Source: Phoronis australis (Eukaryota; Animalia; Phoronida). From it: 64,000 nucleotides of DNA. The stretch spans positions 64,989-128,988 of the forward strand of contig NMRA01000712.1 in the NCBI GenBank assembly GCA_002633005.1, in the 5' to 3' direction. The position numbers and the translations under genes are program-made. The notes beneath the pieces were generated by a model. That model ran no database searches, was not told the origin of the DNA, and worked only from the letters and a program-made list of their open reading frames with translations. Of the stretch, positions 13,624 to 26,054 are shown piece by piece; position 1 is the first letter of the stretch; each line of letters opens with the position of its first letter.

Positions 13624-13788
13624 ATGGAAGAGCTGACTTTGGCTCAAAGAGCTCTGAGGTTTTCACGGCGCAACTTTCTGTCTTTCATTTTTCCGGTTGT
13701 TGTGTCGTGGGCAATCTATAGCGACCTGAGCAGGACACGGCGTTACAAGGAATCTTTGAAAGAAGCCATTGTTCTCGAGAAATATTAA
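13624..13788 (+). CDS. 54-aa single-transmembrane microprotein in an exon upstream of NDUFB1
   Basis: MEELTLAQRALRFSRRNFLSFIFPVVVSWAIYSDLSRTRRYKESLKEAIVLEKY*, enclosed by acceptor TTATTTCAG| (13618) and donor TAG|GTAATG (13802). Basic N-terminus, hydrophobic segment, charged tail. Confidence 0.6.
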   Translation: MEELTLAQRALRFSRRNFLSFIFPVVVSWAIYSDLSRTRRYKESLKEAIVLEKY

Positions 13789-14303
13789 AGTTAAATAGTA
13801 GGTAATGTATAGATTGTTTGATGTGTGATTTTGTAAATCAGTCATTGGAGAACGTTTTTAACCATATTCACTAGTACAAACATATGCATCAATAACTAAA
13901 TCAGTCATCTTAGCTGTTGTATTGAAGTTGTTTGGTTTTCATTCTTTAACAGTTTTGGTTAGAATCAACAACTAGGATAAAATCTCACAGTTTCAGACCT
14001 AAACAATTTACCAAAAATGACCTTTTTAATTTTTCAAAGGTTTTTAACATTATCGTAAATCCCAGTTTTTAAGAAAAAAATCTGATGGCGGCTGTGGTAC
14101 AAATATTGAACATGGAGAAGCATTTAATTTCATGATACATATGTTTCATGGAACATATGTTTTATGGAAAGACCATATAAAGTTTCACTTGTCGGCCACA
14201 TCATGTCCTAAATTGCTGAGATTTTCCGTGAGGTGGTCTGTTCATTTTTTCGTTACCGTTTGATGTATACAATATTCAGAGTTCAAGCTTAGTTGAGAAT
14301 AAA

Positions 14304-14764
14304 CCCAAATTCCCTAGAAATCTGAAAAAATATGGAACCTGAAGGTATGTACATTTTAAATGGTAGTACAGGATTTTTTTTAGGTATCCATTCTGCACAT
14401 TGGGTCATTGAACTTGTGAGATGTATTGTAATGACCTGGCATTGCATTAACCCGCTTTAAGATGACACATGTCAAGCCTGTTGAAAGGTTAAAATTATTG
14501 GTGGAACAGTTATATGAACTTCGTTAAACACCCCCCNCCCAAACTCCCTAGAAATCTGAAAAAATATGGAACCTGAAGGTATGTACATTTTAAATGGTAG
14601 TACAGGATTCTTTTTAGGTATCCATTTTGCATGTTGGGTCATTGAACTTGTGAGATGTATTGTAATGACCTGGCATTGCATTAACCCGCTTTAAGATGAC
14701 ACATGTCAAGCCTGTTGAAAGGTTAAAATTATTGGTGGAACAGTTATATGAACTTCGTTAAACA
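14304..14764. repeat. ~234-bp tandem duplication, possibly a haplotype or assembly artefact
   Basis: Two near-identical copies (14304-14530, 14538-14764) joined at a C-run containing an N. Confidence 0.85.
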
Positions 14765-14972
14765 AACCCCCTCCCCCCGTTATTTTAATTTCAAAACCTC
14801 TGTTCAACTCCGCTTCCGCGCCCTGCGGGTCGTCCTATTTCCAAAGTCCCCAATCGTTCTTATTACCCCCTTTCTCGTTGGTTCCACACACCCTTTTGTC
14901 ATCTCGTCATCCATGCATCAGTGTTTTCTTTTTCTTGAGTTTTGTTTTTATGCCTTATCCTTTCCAGACAAA

Positions 14973-15155
14973 ATGCCTGGCTCCCTCTACCATATAACAC
15001 AAAAGATCGTGCTTCCCTTCTCCTTAGCGGCTGGCACCTTTTTATTGGGACATTACCTGGATAGGCGCAATGATGAGAGGTACACAGACTTCAGGAATAA
15101 GAGCAGCCTGTATGGTGGCAGAGACTTGAAACCTGGTCAGAAGGCCTGGAGTTAG
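14973..15155 (+). CDS. NDUFB1: NADH dehydrogenase 1 beta subcomplex subunit 1 (complex I MNLL), 60 aa
   Basis: MPGSLYHITQKIVLPFSLAAGTFLLGHYLDRRNDERYTDFRNKSSLYGGRDLKPGQKAWS carries the GxYLDR..DER.T.FRNKS.L..R.L.P...W signature. Acceptor TTTCCAG| at 14967; ATG in context ACAAAATG. Confidence 0.93.
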   Translation: MPGSLYHITQKIVLPFSLAAGTFLLGHYLDRRNDERYTDFRNKSSLYGGRDLKPGQKAWS

Positions 15156-16075
15156 AAGATGTATAGCCGAACTTGGGTGTTTGTGTGTGCGTCACTATGA
15201 GGGCCTCTTTCTAGTAGATAGCTACTCACAACGTTTTGTTGACTTCAGTGTCCAGACAGAAACTTTTTCAATGTTCTACTAGATTTACCGACATCAACTT
15301 AAAGATCTATGATCAGTTTAGTATTGTAATGATTGAGGATTGATAACAACGCGTGCTGTAATATATCTCGTTACAAAAACGAACAAAGGGTTATTTGTCT
15401 GTCAATTCCTGGCAACTACATTGTTGTCACAATTCTCTGTATCATGAAATGATGAAGAGATGTGTTCCGTTTATTAATTCCCATGCCGTTATAATTTCAT
15501 GGTTTCTTCACAAATATCAGACATCAGAAACTGGTTGGTGCGGTGATGTGAACTATGTTTTCACTAAGAGTTCACTGTATGTAAGAGGAAATGGGCACAC
15601 AGTTTGTTTTAGTTGTTTACTTTCACAAAAATATGATAATTGTGTAAACTAGGTTCATGTCGAATTACATATGGCAAAAACAAGGAATGGTTTACATGGT
15701 AAACAAAATGTAGACATTGATTGATAAAAAGTGTCGGTAAATGTACATAGAATTATGAAAGACTAGGCTAAAATTCAAGTATTAATCGCTATACACAGTC
15801 ACACATCATTCACTTGTCCCCAAGTGAGATCATCTCACAAAGTAAAAAATGCTACATTTGTACAATGTCTAGGGGCTAAAACCTAAAGAAAACAAAGACC
15901 ATTAACAACAATAACACTGTCGCTTCATACTGTTGTTACACAAGACACTGTAAGAATATACCCAGGCAACGCGTTTGTTCATACTGCGACTAGCAATCAG
16001 TTATTGGCTAGGAGCACACTGGTTTAAAATGCAGATAGTCACCAAATTGCCATGGAATGAATATTAGTTATTCGA

Positions 16076-19000
16076 TTAATATCTCATTGCCATTAAATTC
16101 CTTGTTCGGTATTTGGTTTCCAGCTCGGCTTTTCTCAAGTCGTGAGACCTCATTCGAGCTCTGTAGAGTCTCTCGCGCAATTCTGCTCGTTTCTTCTCTG
16201 CGGCAAGCTCTTCATCCAATAGAATCTGGTTATAGTCTTTTTTCAAGAGTTCATCAGTGTTCTCATTGAGATCTTTGTCGAAATCCAGCCCCATGTTGTA
16301 GAAATTATCTTTGGCATCGTTTTCACTGAAGTGAACAGATTTCTTGGGTGTGTTTACCTTCTTTGTTTTCACCAAACAAGGAGTAAGGGGTTGTTTGTTC
16401 TCCAGAATTTCTGTAACGATAAACGTTATAATTCACACGTTTTTTGGTGTAATCTTTACAAAAATAGGATTCCATGATTCATATTTCAAGTTTTGGAAAT
16501 ATTTCCTTGATCGAAAAAAGCACAAATACAAGATTGTTTAGAGGTTCAAACATTTATTTTTAAATCACAATTATTATTTAACATAAAATTATAAAATACA
16601 ACTATGAAGTACTGAACTAGCAAATTAAATAAATAGGGCATTTCTGTGGTAACAAAAATATTCTGACTAGACTGACAACATAACTCCAAAATAACTCATT
16701 TGCCAAACAAACGATTGTGATCCCAAGTTACAGTAAGTCATAAAACATAATTGCCAAATTTTTTACTGTTGCAAAGCTGATTTCCTAGCTACAAGTAGTG
16801 GAAATTTTAACATTTTTGCAGTATAAACCATAAAGGTAACGAACTTGCTTGACGAAACGGAATTTCAGTAATATTGTCTGCTAAATAGATGAAAGATTAC
16901 CACAGGCATTTGCTTTAGTGCATTCTTGAGTTATACACAAAAATATATTTTTTTCAAAATATTTGTATGTATGCAACAGAAATCAAAATTTAATATATAA
17001 AACAAAATAAGTGAAAGAAAATTTTTTTTACACAGATAGATAAAACCCCGCAAGTGAGAGCCTCAAAATAAACCTTGCACTAAAGTGCTATCTGTATTGC
17101 TTTGAATATATTATTGCACAGGAATGTCAAACGAGATTACCGCCCATTTACTGCCCCAATACGAAAGCTATGAAGGACACCTAAAAATTGATCTTAAAAT
17201 TGTTGCCATGATACCAACTAATTACTTTCTTCCATCAAAAGAAGTTGTGAGATCACCTGCGACTGTAATGCGGTAGATCTATGTTGAAAGGGTCAGTCAA
17301 CCCTTCGGATTCAAAGACACCATTTTTTTACTCGCCAATCCCTGTAATTGTGTTAATGGGAATGGAAGTCATTTCTGTCTCGATACTGAAAAGTTTACAC
17401 TGATAAGAAAGAAACCCAGTTTCTAATTTGCAGTTCAGGTATTGAATGAGACAGAAATGTCCCCTTAAAAAGTCCCCGTCGCTACAACAACAGTTGATAC
17501 ACAGTTATGTTTATGGTAAGCTAAGTCCTCATTATGCTCATCCATGATGCCAATAACCATTTGCGTGTAGAAGTCATCTCGGATGTGATCTGTTGAGAAT
17601 CTCAGTCTGCCGGAGAGTTTACAGGTCAGTCCTGAAATTATCAATATCACCAAGAGGGTTTCGAATTGCATCCATATTTGGTGAAACCGTTGGCGACACA
17701 TATGCTGTGGGGGTGCCGGGTCGGGGTTTATTGTAACGCAGGGGCGACGGTTGACGACGAGACAATGTCGTCGTTGCTGACGCCTTTTGCAAAGTAGTCA
17801 ATGCTGGGGAAACATTAGTGGTGAACTTTGCACCACGACTATATCTACTCTGTGTTATACCTGGGCTGACTTTGTCCTTTTTCTTATTTTCATAGTCTCT
17901 CAACAGCTTTTCAGCTCTGTAAGACAACACAAAATAAGTTAATATGCACATATCCACTGGCACACACAAGTATTGAACAAGGGGCATGGCACACATGCTG
18001 TAAAATCAAAACTAATTTTGATGCCAACATCGGCAATTCACCTCTTTGCCCTCTCCTTGCTATCCCTCACACTAAGCATGATTGACTAAGCATAGAAGTA
18101 AAACGTTTTTGTAATATGCAAGGGTTTTTCACCTCCTTGTGCTAAGATAAGATAAACACTGGACTAAACAGTGAAATTAGATTACCAAGTGCAACGATGT
18201 CGAAGAACAATGTTTTTGATTCCAAAAAGGATTGGCAACTTCAAAGGGAACAACGTTCAACCTTTCTTTGTCACACAATACATTAACTTATTCTTTATAA
18301 GTAGTCGGCTGCTATTGAACACTGAAAGACTGTAACAAACTATCTGGTTCAATTGTAAATTTCAGATGGTGTTCTCAATGAGGACCAACACTGTCATTCC
18401 TACCGTGATAACTTATTCTCCACGTCCTTCTCTCGCAACTCCAATGCTCGCTCACGTGCTGTAAGAGAAAGGGTAACGTGAAAACAAGGAATTAATATTC
18501 ACACAGTAACGAGGCTGATTTGGTAGCCATAAATGCAAGTTTCATTCACGACCTGATTACTGACCATCATCCACTGAAACACCAACTTGGAACACATTGA
18601 AGGTACGAAAGCTGTCACAGAAAAATTAATCACCCTTAAAACTGAGCCAAGAAGCAAGACTGGGACGCATTCTGCAATGGTAGACACTTAGGGTCCTTTG
18701 CAGAAAGAAATATCGTCTTGTGGAACAAATATGGTATGATGTGTCAACGTAGATTTCAGGGGCGGATCCAGGATTTTGAGTTAGGAGGGGCCAGGGCACA
18801 GGAATAACAAGAATTTTGCCACATGCGAGCGCTTAGCCTCAAAATGTAAGGATGCAGGGGTTTCAAATTTTTGGGTTAGTAGACCTTATTACAAAAAAAT
18901 GGTAAACGGGATTTGTTCAATGCCTGTGCATTGTGCATTCGCCCCCCAAACCCCATGGATGCGTGCGCATATGATACTCCGAACTCCTGAATGGTATCTG

Positions 19001-22000
19001 GGGGAAATTTTAGAGGGACCATGGCCCCCCCCCCTAAATCCGCCACTGGATTTCCCCTAGAGTTCAACACCTCTGCTATACTGACCAAGCCATTCAGTGG
19101 CAAATATTTTGCTATTGTACATCAGTATGCTCACATGGTCACTAGCCTTTCACAAGCATGTTCTTCCTGAACTCACGAGAAATAAGCTCTGTGGAGGTCA
19201 CCCCTGCCGTGAAGGTCTATCACATTGTGGAGTATAGCATGTCGTGACTTAATGCGAGCCTATACTGCACTGTTAGACAACAGTGGTGTTCTTGTATTTT
19301 GACATAAAAATGGTGCTTACCGTCCAGCTGTCGCTCGCGCCTTTTTAAACCGCGTTCCACCTCCTTGTTTTTTAACTCCAGGGCGAGTTCCTTCGCCTTG
19401 ACACAACGATCTTCTTGGGTGGGGTCGCTGACTGATGGAACTGAGGGTATCTTCTCATCTTCTGACTGGATTCGCTTGACAATTGACGGGTGACACAACA
19501 GGTCGTCAATGCTTGGACGTAGGATCTCCTGGTAGGTAAAATGGGTCATTTAGAAACATGAGTGCAGAGGTCTATTTTCAGAAATTTGATTGAAATAGGT
19601 GGCAGATGAATTTTTTAGATTTCTATTGACAGGAATGGCCGCAGTTGGGATTCAAAGCAGGAATCACCTTCTTCATTTCGTTTCATTTCAATCTGACACA
19701 AATAGTAACCAGAATTTTTTTCATATTCTAAAAGTTTTGTTGTGAAAACACACAATTTCTTAAAACAATGTCTATTACATGGAAGCTCAGGTATAAAACT
19801 GTAAATTAAAGCATTCATTCAGAACTGCTATTAATCTCTTACGAAAGAACTTCACTTGTCCACCACACCATGTCCAAAATTGGTGAGATATGGTATTCGG
19901 TGTTACACCACAGTCTGGATACCTTTACCCACCTGAACCTTGAGCATCCTAGAGATGACTTGGTTGAGCTCCTCAGAGTATCTCATGGGAATGCGTAGGT
20001 AACGGCCGCAACGTATCTTCACGGCCAACTCCTTCTGATTGGACGCCGTGAACGGGGGTCGCATAGAGGTCAGCTCGTAGATCATGCAGCCTAAGGACCA
20101 GATGTCAGACTTCTCGTTGTAGCTCATGTAGTTCATCTGCTCCTGATAGAGTTCAAACAACATAGGAGATGACTTCAGAGGTATACCTCATGAAAGAGAT
20201 TCAAGATTTACAACTGAAATTTGGTTAGCTAATTAATCATGAGTGCAGCACAGTCCAGAAATAACTAACAGAAATTAACTTAGTCACTAGCACTTCTGTG
20301 AATATTCTCTAATAGACTTAAGGTTTTTGCACAACCGAAATTATTTGTCAAAAATAATTGTGTGGAGCGTAAGACCAAATTTTTTACCTTTTAAGATCAT
20401 ATCTTAACTTAAAACTTAAAAGCCCTAAAACACTTTTCACGAAACCAGCCCTGAGCATCTCCAACGTACTTTCACCCATTCCAGGTTTCATATTGTTAAG
20501 GCCAGATAACAATGAGGGGTTTTTGTGAAGTTTTTTCAAAACTCGAGTCTGAATAGATTTTTATTTAACAGGCAACTACTTGATGACTATGCACGGCCAT
20601 ATAAAATCCAGTTACATTAATACTTTTTCTTGGACTTCCTCACAAAAGCATACTTTATTGAGAAACAACTTGGCAAAAAAATTTGGAAAGTAAAAGGTCA
20701 CAAGCAAGGACAACACAGTGAGCAACACGCAGTTGGTGAAATACATTATCTTAAATACCGAAGTAACCAAATGATGTGTGCACCTTTCAGGTAAATTGGA
20801 TAACAAATGCGGACGTGTAACCAATTTACCCAAAGTATTTTCCGAATGGCTAAAGTATAAATTCTACAGTTGGAGAGAAAATAAGTTCTAAAATCATCAT
20901 TTTTCTTATTTAAAAAAGATTGCTGCAAATTTTCAATATTTACCAAATCCTCCTTCTGTAACACACACACACACACAGTGTTAATGAGAAAGTAAAATTT
21001 TCTCACAAGTTCCATTTACTGAGAAATTTTACAAACATTTTCCTCTTGCCCGCCATGTTGTTTCCTAAACTGAAGAGTTGTTACCACGAGCAAGTTAAGC
21101 TCCTCAATCACTTACTGGTGACATATAGTAGGGCGTGCCGACAAATGTCTTGGCAAAGCTGGTCTCGTGGTGAAGCACGCGGGCAAGTCCGAAGTCACCG
21201 AGTTTGACGTTCTTATCGGCATCCAGGAAGATGTTGGCTGGCTTGAGGTCACGGTGCAGGATGGCGCGGCCGGCCTTCCGCTGGTGGCATACCTTGAGTG
21301 CCTGCACTGTCTGAACGAGAATCTTCCAGATAAACTCTTCTTCTATGTGAATGCTGCAAAATAAACAGTTATTGATATCAAACACCAACACGCATTATAG
21401 CAAATACCACCATGCATTACACGATGAGTGAAATTTTGTTCTCAAGCAAATTACCTATCTACAAGGCATAGGGCTAGCAGGCGTACAGCTTGAACACAGC
21501 TCTACAAACTGAAAGGCATTTAGGGCACACTGGACTGTCAATGTTGAATTCTTAATTGAAAGGCACTGGGCTTTAAAAACAAAACCCCGCTCATCTGATC
21601 TTGAATTACCGGTATTGCCAAATGAGCTGGCAACTCAGGTCACAGGTAATCCGTACACACCCCATTTTGGAATCCACAATTTTAGTGTTGGCCAACCTCA
21701 ATAAACTTTTCTCGAGTCGCTGATAGTTTTAGAGATCTTATTGGTAACTGAAATACAAAACTATGACAGTAATGAATACCACAAGTCCCAAGCCCTTATT
21801 CTATTTTTCTTTTCCTTTAAGCCAGAATAAACAGCTTTAACATACAAACAGACTGAATAGCCGTGCAGTATCCTTACTTGTCTCGGCGATGCTTGGTGAG
21901 CAGTGAAGACAGGTCGCCGCCCTCGCAAAACTCCATCACGATGTAGATGGTGGCGGCTGCGCGGTCGACGATACGGTCATAGTAGCGCACTATGTGCTTA

Positions 22001-23071
22001 TGTCTCAGTTCTCGTAGCAGGTTCACCTCAGATACCAACATCTGCTTCTCACTCTCCGACATGTGTCCATACTCCATCTGTTTCCACACAAGGATCTGAA
22101 GGTTCATGGGAAGAAATGTCGTTAATTGAAACGCTTACAAAATTGTAGACATGTAGGGAGTTACTATACATGCACAGGATCTGAAGGTCAAAGTCATGTA
22201 GGACCGCACTGACAAGACTGCGCATTTAGCCAGATTAGGTAGAAAACATGTACAATACTGATCTGCCATTAACTGGGTCACATGGAACTTTTTAAGAGTT
22301 TTTCATAAAAATTACAAAAGTCCCATTTTTAAGAGTCCTACATGCAAAAATAAAACATTTCAAAACGAATCCTAACAGTTTTTCGAAGAACAGTGTACAA
22401 AGCATAGTATCTGAATCTGACCAGCCATTTCCGAGCTATGTCTAATATGAATTTACAACATTTTTCTAGGGTCTTGAATAACTTCAACGAATACAAATGT
22501 CACTCAGAAATAATTGCAAAAATCAAGAGATGTAAGTATTGCAATCAAGGTACAAGAAACTGGGTTAACAGCATTTGTTTGCTTAAATGTTCCATTCCGT
22601 AAGTCCCAAAGTCAACTATAACTATGCAATGTTATTTGGCAACAGTGAACTTCATTGACAACTACCATTTCAGAAAGGTCCCAGGAGGGTTTGTTGTATC
22701 GCAATTTGATTGTGTTACCATATACCAACACTCAAATCCATAGCTTTCTAACAGCTAGAAAGGTTTTTTGCCCAAAATTTTTACACGCATGTATACACAT
22801 GCATTTAAGATTAACTTATAGGTATAGTGTGTGTGTGTGTTTCCTGAATGTTTTTTGCGGCTTTACATCCATCCTTAGAAGTTTTGAGTAAACTATCCAC
22901 ATGAAACTTTAAAATGTAAAAACGGACTTGTCACAAAGTACAATTTAACAGCATTAGTTAATGAATTGCACTTACCTTTCCATCTTTCTTTCGCCGAATT
23001 TTCTTACACGTACCATAGGAGCCTGACCCTATTTTACCCAGCACCTCATAATCATCAAGCTTGCACGGCAT
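16076..23071 (-). CDS. NEK2: Serine/threonine kinase NEK2 (NIMA-related), ~471 aa
   Basis: Exons 23071-22976, 22095-21878, 21353-21116, 20142-19933, 19528-19321, 18458-18404, 17916-17861, 16410-16076, all phase-compatible (1416 nt). Motifs GSGSYG, EKQMLVSEVNLLRELRH, HRDLKPANIFLD, DFGLARVL, FVGTPYYMSPE, a coiled coil, and KKSVHF. Confidence 0.95.
18757..19048. mobile_element. MITE with CAG(G/T)GGCGGAT TIRs and 5-bp TSD
   Basis: CAGGGGCGGATCC...AAATCCGCCACTG flanked by GATTT/GATTT. Confidence 0.8.
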
Positions 23072-24000
23072 TATTCTATTACCTATAGGAACAAAATAAA
23101 AGTGTGACGGTCTACTCTATACGAAACTCAAGATTTTTTAACTGCAGTAATTTAACCTTGGCAGAGCTAGAGACTGGTACCTCCTAGACCCCCCCTTTGC
23201 TGCTGCACCTGCCAGTTTCATAACTATTAATGCAACTGCAACTTTGTGAAATTATAATACAACTAGGTAATAGTCGGGTCCCTGATTTAAAATTGATTTG
23301 ATACCAGTTACTGCCACTGAATAACGGCTTTATTCAGTGGGAATAGGGCTAACTGGTTCTCAAATCAGAGACCCGTTTGTATCCGACTATTACCCATGTA
23401 CAAATATGAATTTTGGAAACCAGATTGGTATATATTTCACCATTGTGATTCATAAGACAGGTGTGGCACAAAGCAATTGAGGCCCCCATACTCATAACTG
23501 TTCTGTAAATATTTATTTACAGCAGTGTGAACTGGAAGAACTACATAGGCCTACTTCTTTATGAGCCTGGGAAGTCGTCTTCAAAGTTCAATCACATGTA
23601 AAGTTTTAGTCTCTTGACCAATTTTCTCTTAAGTGGCACCAAGGCCCAAGAAAAAATGTTTCGTTACATTCAGCAAATGTTTCCAGAAATATCACAGAAT
23701 GTACATGGAATTGCACAATATGGTATAAAGGGCTCAAAATGCCAAAATGGGAATGTACACTGTTGCTTAATACTATATGATAGGCCAACTTGATCGCCGT
23801 ACAACTTAAGTAACGTGATAAACAGATAAACAAACTGCTCTTCAACTTCTCCGCTGCTACAGGAAAATTCACTCGTAAGTATTACTACATAAGATCATGC
23901 ATAAGTTTCACAAACGCTAACCAAAATCTTGACAATATAACCTTCAATATAACGCTTGTTCACAATAAAATCAACACGACAAACGAAATCTACAACAACA

Positions 24001-24095
24001 ACATACCTGTCCGACATTTAAACTACGTGCCAATCAAAGATTTCAATCGAGTGCGTTGATTGGTTGAAACTTTATCTCGCCAATTATGATTGGGC
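24001..24095 (-). promoter_or_regulatory. NEK2 promoter and non-coding first exon with multiple CCAAT boxes
   Basis: Minus-strand donor CAG|GTATGT at ~24006; CCAAT/ATTGG at 24030, 24059, 24080, 24089; CHR-variant TTTAAA at 24017-24022. This resembles the NF-Y/CHR layout of G2/M genes. Confidence 0.6.
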
Positions 24096-24823
24096 AGATT
24101 TCATAACCTACACTGACATCTTGTGGACATCTTTGAACACTGCTCTGGATGGTCAAATGAGCTCGGGCCTCGCCTTGGCTGCCGCAAAAAAGTGGGAAAT
24201 GTTGAGTTTACTAAGTTTACCAATTAACCCTGGTAATTGAAGTTATACGACTGATATTTAACAATGTGTGCAGTTCAGTGTTGGGGGGGGGGATCCAATT
24301 TCAAGTGTCAAATTCGGAACATGGCGCAATCGTAACGGAACTATGGCTAAATACAGGCTCTCTGCTCTCTCGCGATATCCCAGGCGACCGGCAGTGATGC
24401 ACTACGACTCCGTTTCCGTCGTCTGCTCCACTGTGCAATGAAGAAAATTACTTAATTTTTTAAAGAAAATAGAACCTGAGTGACGATGAAAAAACAGAAG
24501 CTGCTGGTAAGATGTGAATTTTAATCGAAGCCTTAGTGAATCACTCAAAAACTCATAATTCTCTCTTTGTCAAACCTTAACTTAAGACGATTTCCAAAGC
24601 AATCCCGTCATTATTGCCTACTTGGTCTGCAACACGAAAAACGGATTTGGTCTTTTGGGCAATTGAAGACTATTTTAAACTGTACAACAAATTTGTTACG
24701 AACCGATTGCACAAAATACAAAACGTGTAATAAGCATTACAAAAAGAAGTAGAAGTAGGTTTCGTGCGCAAACGCTATGGACCATAAAAAGAAGGTCTCT
24801 TAGCATGAAATTAGGAGTTAAAT

Positions 24824-24886
24824 CGTGGTGGTGTAGTGGCAAAGCACGCGCGCTCTATCCGCCTGGTCGTGAGTTCGAGTCTCTGG
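24824..24886 (+). repeat. tRNA-derived (SINE-like) head
   Basis: A-box TGGTGTAGTGG (24829-24839) and B-box GAGTTCGAGTC (24871-24881); no complete cloverleaf or acceptor stem. Confidence 0.55.
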
Positions 24887-25010
24887 TATTTGCAGTTTTC
24901 CCTGTGTGACACGTTCTCCATGTTTTTTTGCCTTTTTTCTTGGATAATACTTCAGAAATCAAGGAAAATGCTTGATTTTTAGAGGAAAAAACAGAAAATT
25001 TTCCTGGACG

Positions 25011-25769
25011 CAGTGGCGGATCTAGGATATCACAAGGGGGGGGCCCAACATTTTGTCCGGCTGGAAGCATTTGCGCAAACTGAACCACGATTGTAGATGC
25101 GCANNNNNNNNNNNNNNNNNNNNNNNNNNNNNNNNNNNNNNNNNNNNNNNNNNNNNNNNNNNNNNNNNNNNNNNNNNNNNNNNNNNNNNNNNNNNNNNNN
25201 NNNNNNNNNNNNNNNNNNNNNNNNNNNNNNNNNNNNNNNNNNNNNNNNNNNNNNNNNNNNNNNNNNNNNNNNNNNNNNNNNNNNNNNNNNNNNNNNNNNN
25301 NNNNNNNNNNNNNNNNNNNNNNNNNNNNNNNNNNNNNNNNNNNNNNNNNNNNNNNNNNNNNNNNNNNNNNNNNNNNNNNNNNNNNNNNNNNNNNNNNNNN
25401 NNNNNNNNNNNNNNNNNNNNNNNNNNNNNNNNNNNNNNNNNNNNNNNNNNNNNNNNNNNNNNNNNNNNNNNNNNNNNNNNNACACATTTAAATCTTTTTT
25501 CATCCGTATAATTTTAATTACCGGGGTTAATTAATAAACTCACCATTTCCCTACGCTCTTACTGTTTTATTTTTTTGCGGCAGCCAAGGGGGGGGGGGGC
25601 CCGGGCCCCCTGGGCCCCCCCCTAAATCCGCCTATGTGGACGGGAGGGGGCAAACCCCCTCCAGACCTCCCCCCATTTGATGCTATGCGCATCTATAATC
25701 GTGGTTTGCGCAAATGATCACAGACAAAATGTTGGCCCCCCTCCTTGTGATATCCTAGATCAGCCACTG
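25011..25769. mobile_element. Nested MITEs spanning the assembly gap
   Basis: CAGTGGCGGATCTAGGATATCACAAGG...CCTTGTGATATCCTAGATCAGCCACTG inverted ends; in addition 24173-24238 is inverted-similar to 25516-25589. Confidence 0.65.
25104..25481. other. Assembly gap (378 N)
   Basis: Run of N. Confidence 1.
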
Positions 25770-26054
25770 AAGTAAAAGAGTTCTTTAAACGTCGGCAGTG
25801 AAGTACAACAACATTCAAGCGTTAGAACAATATATTAAGCGACAGAAATAACAAAAAATATATAAACAACTAGACTATATACAATATTTACAACAATGAT
25901 TATGCACTAGGCAAGAGGGAGGGTCGTCTACGGTCAAACGTTAACGGAAAGAAATGGAGAGGTCTACTTCGAAACGATATCAACATGATCAAGGAGAGGA
26001 AAAACAATACCCGAAACAATACTCCGCGGTTGGTCACCTAGCAATGGATAATAA

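Noticed and set aside
14304-14764. Tandem duplication as a functional element
   Set aside because: An N at the junction and near identity point to an uncollapsed allele or assembly artefact.
24824-24886. tRNA gene
   Set aside because: A and B boxes are present but there is no acceptor stem or proper anticodon arm.
24855-25534. Four long ORFs (145-210 aa)
   Set aside because: They are artefacts of translating through the N gap.
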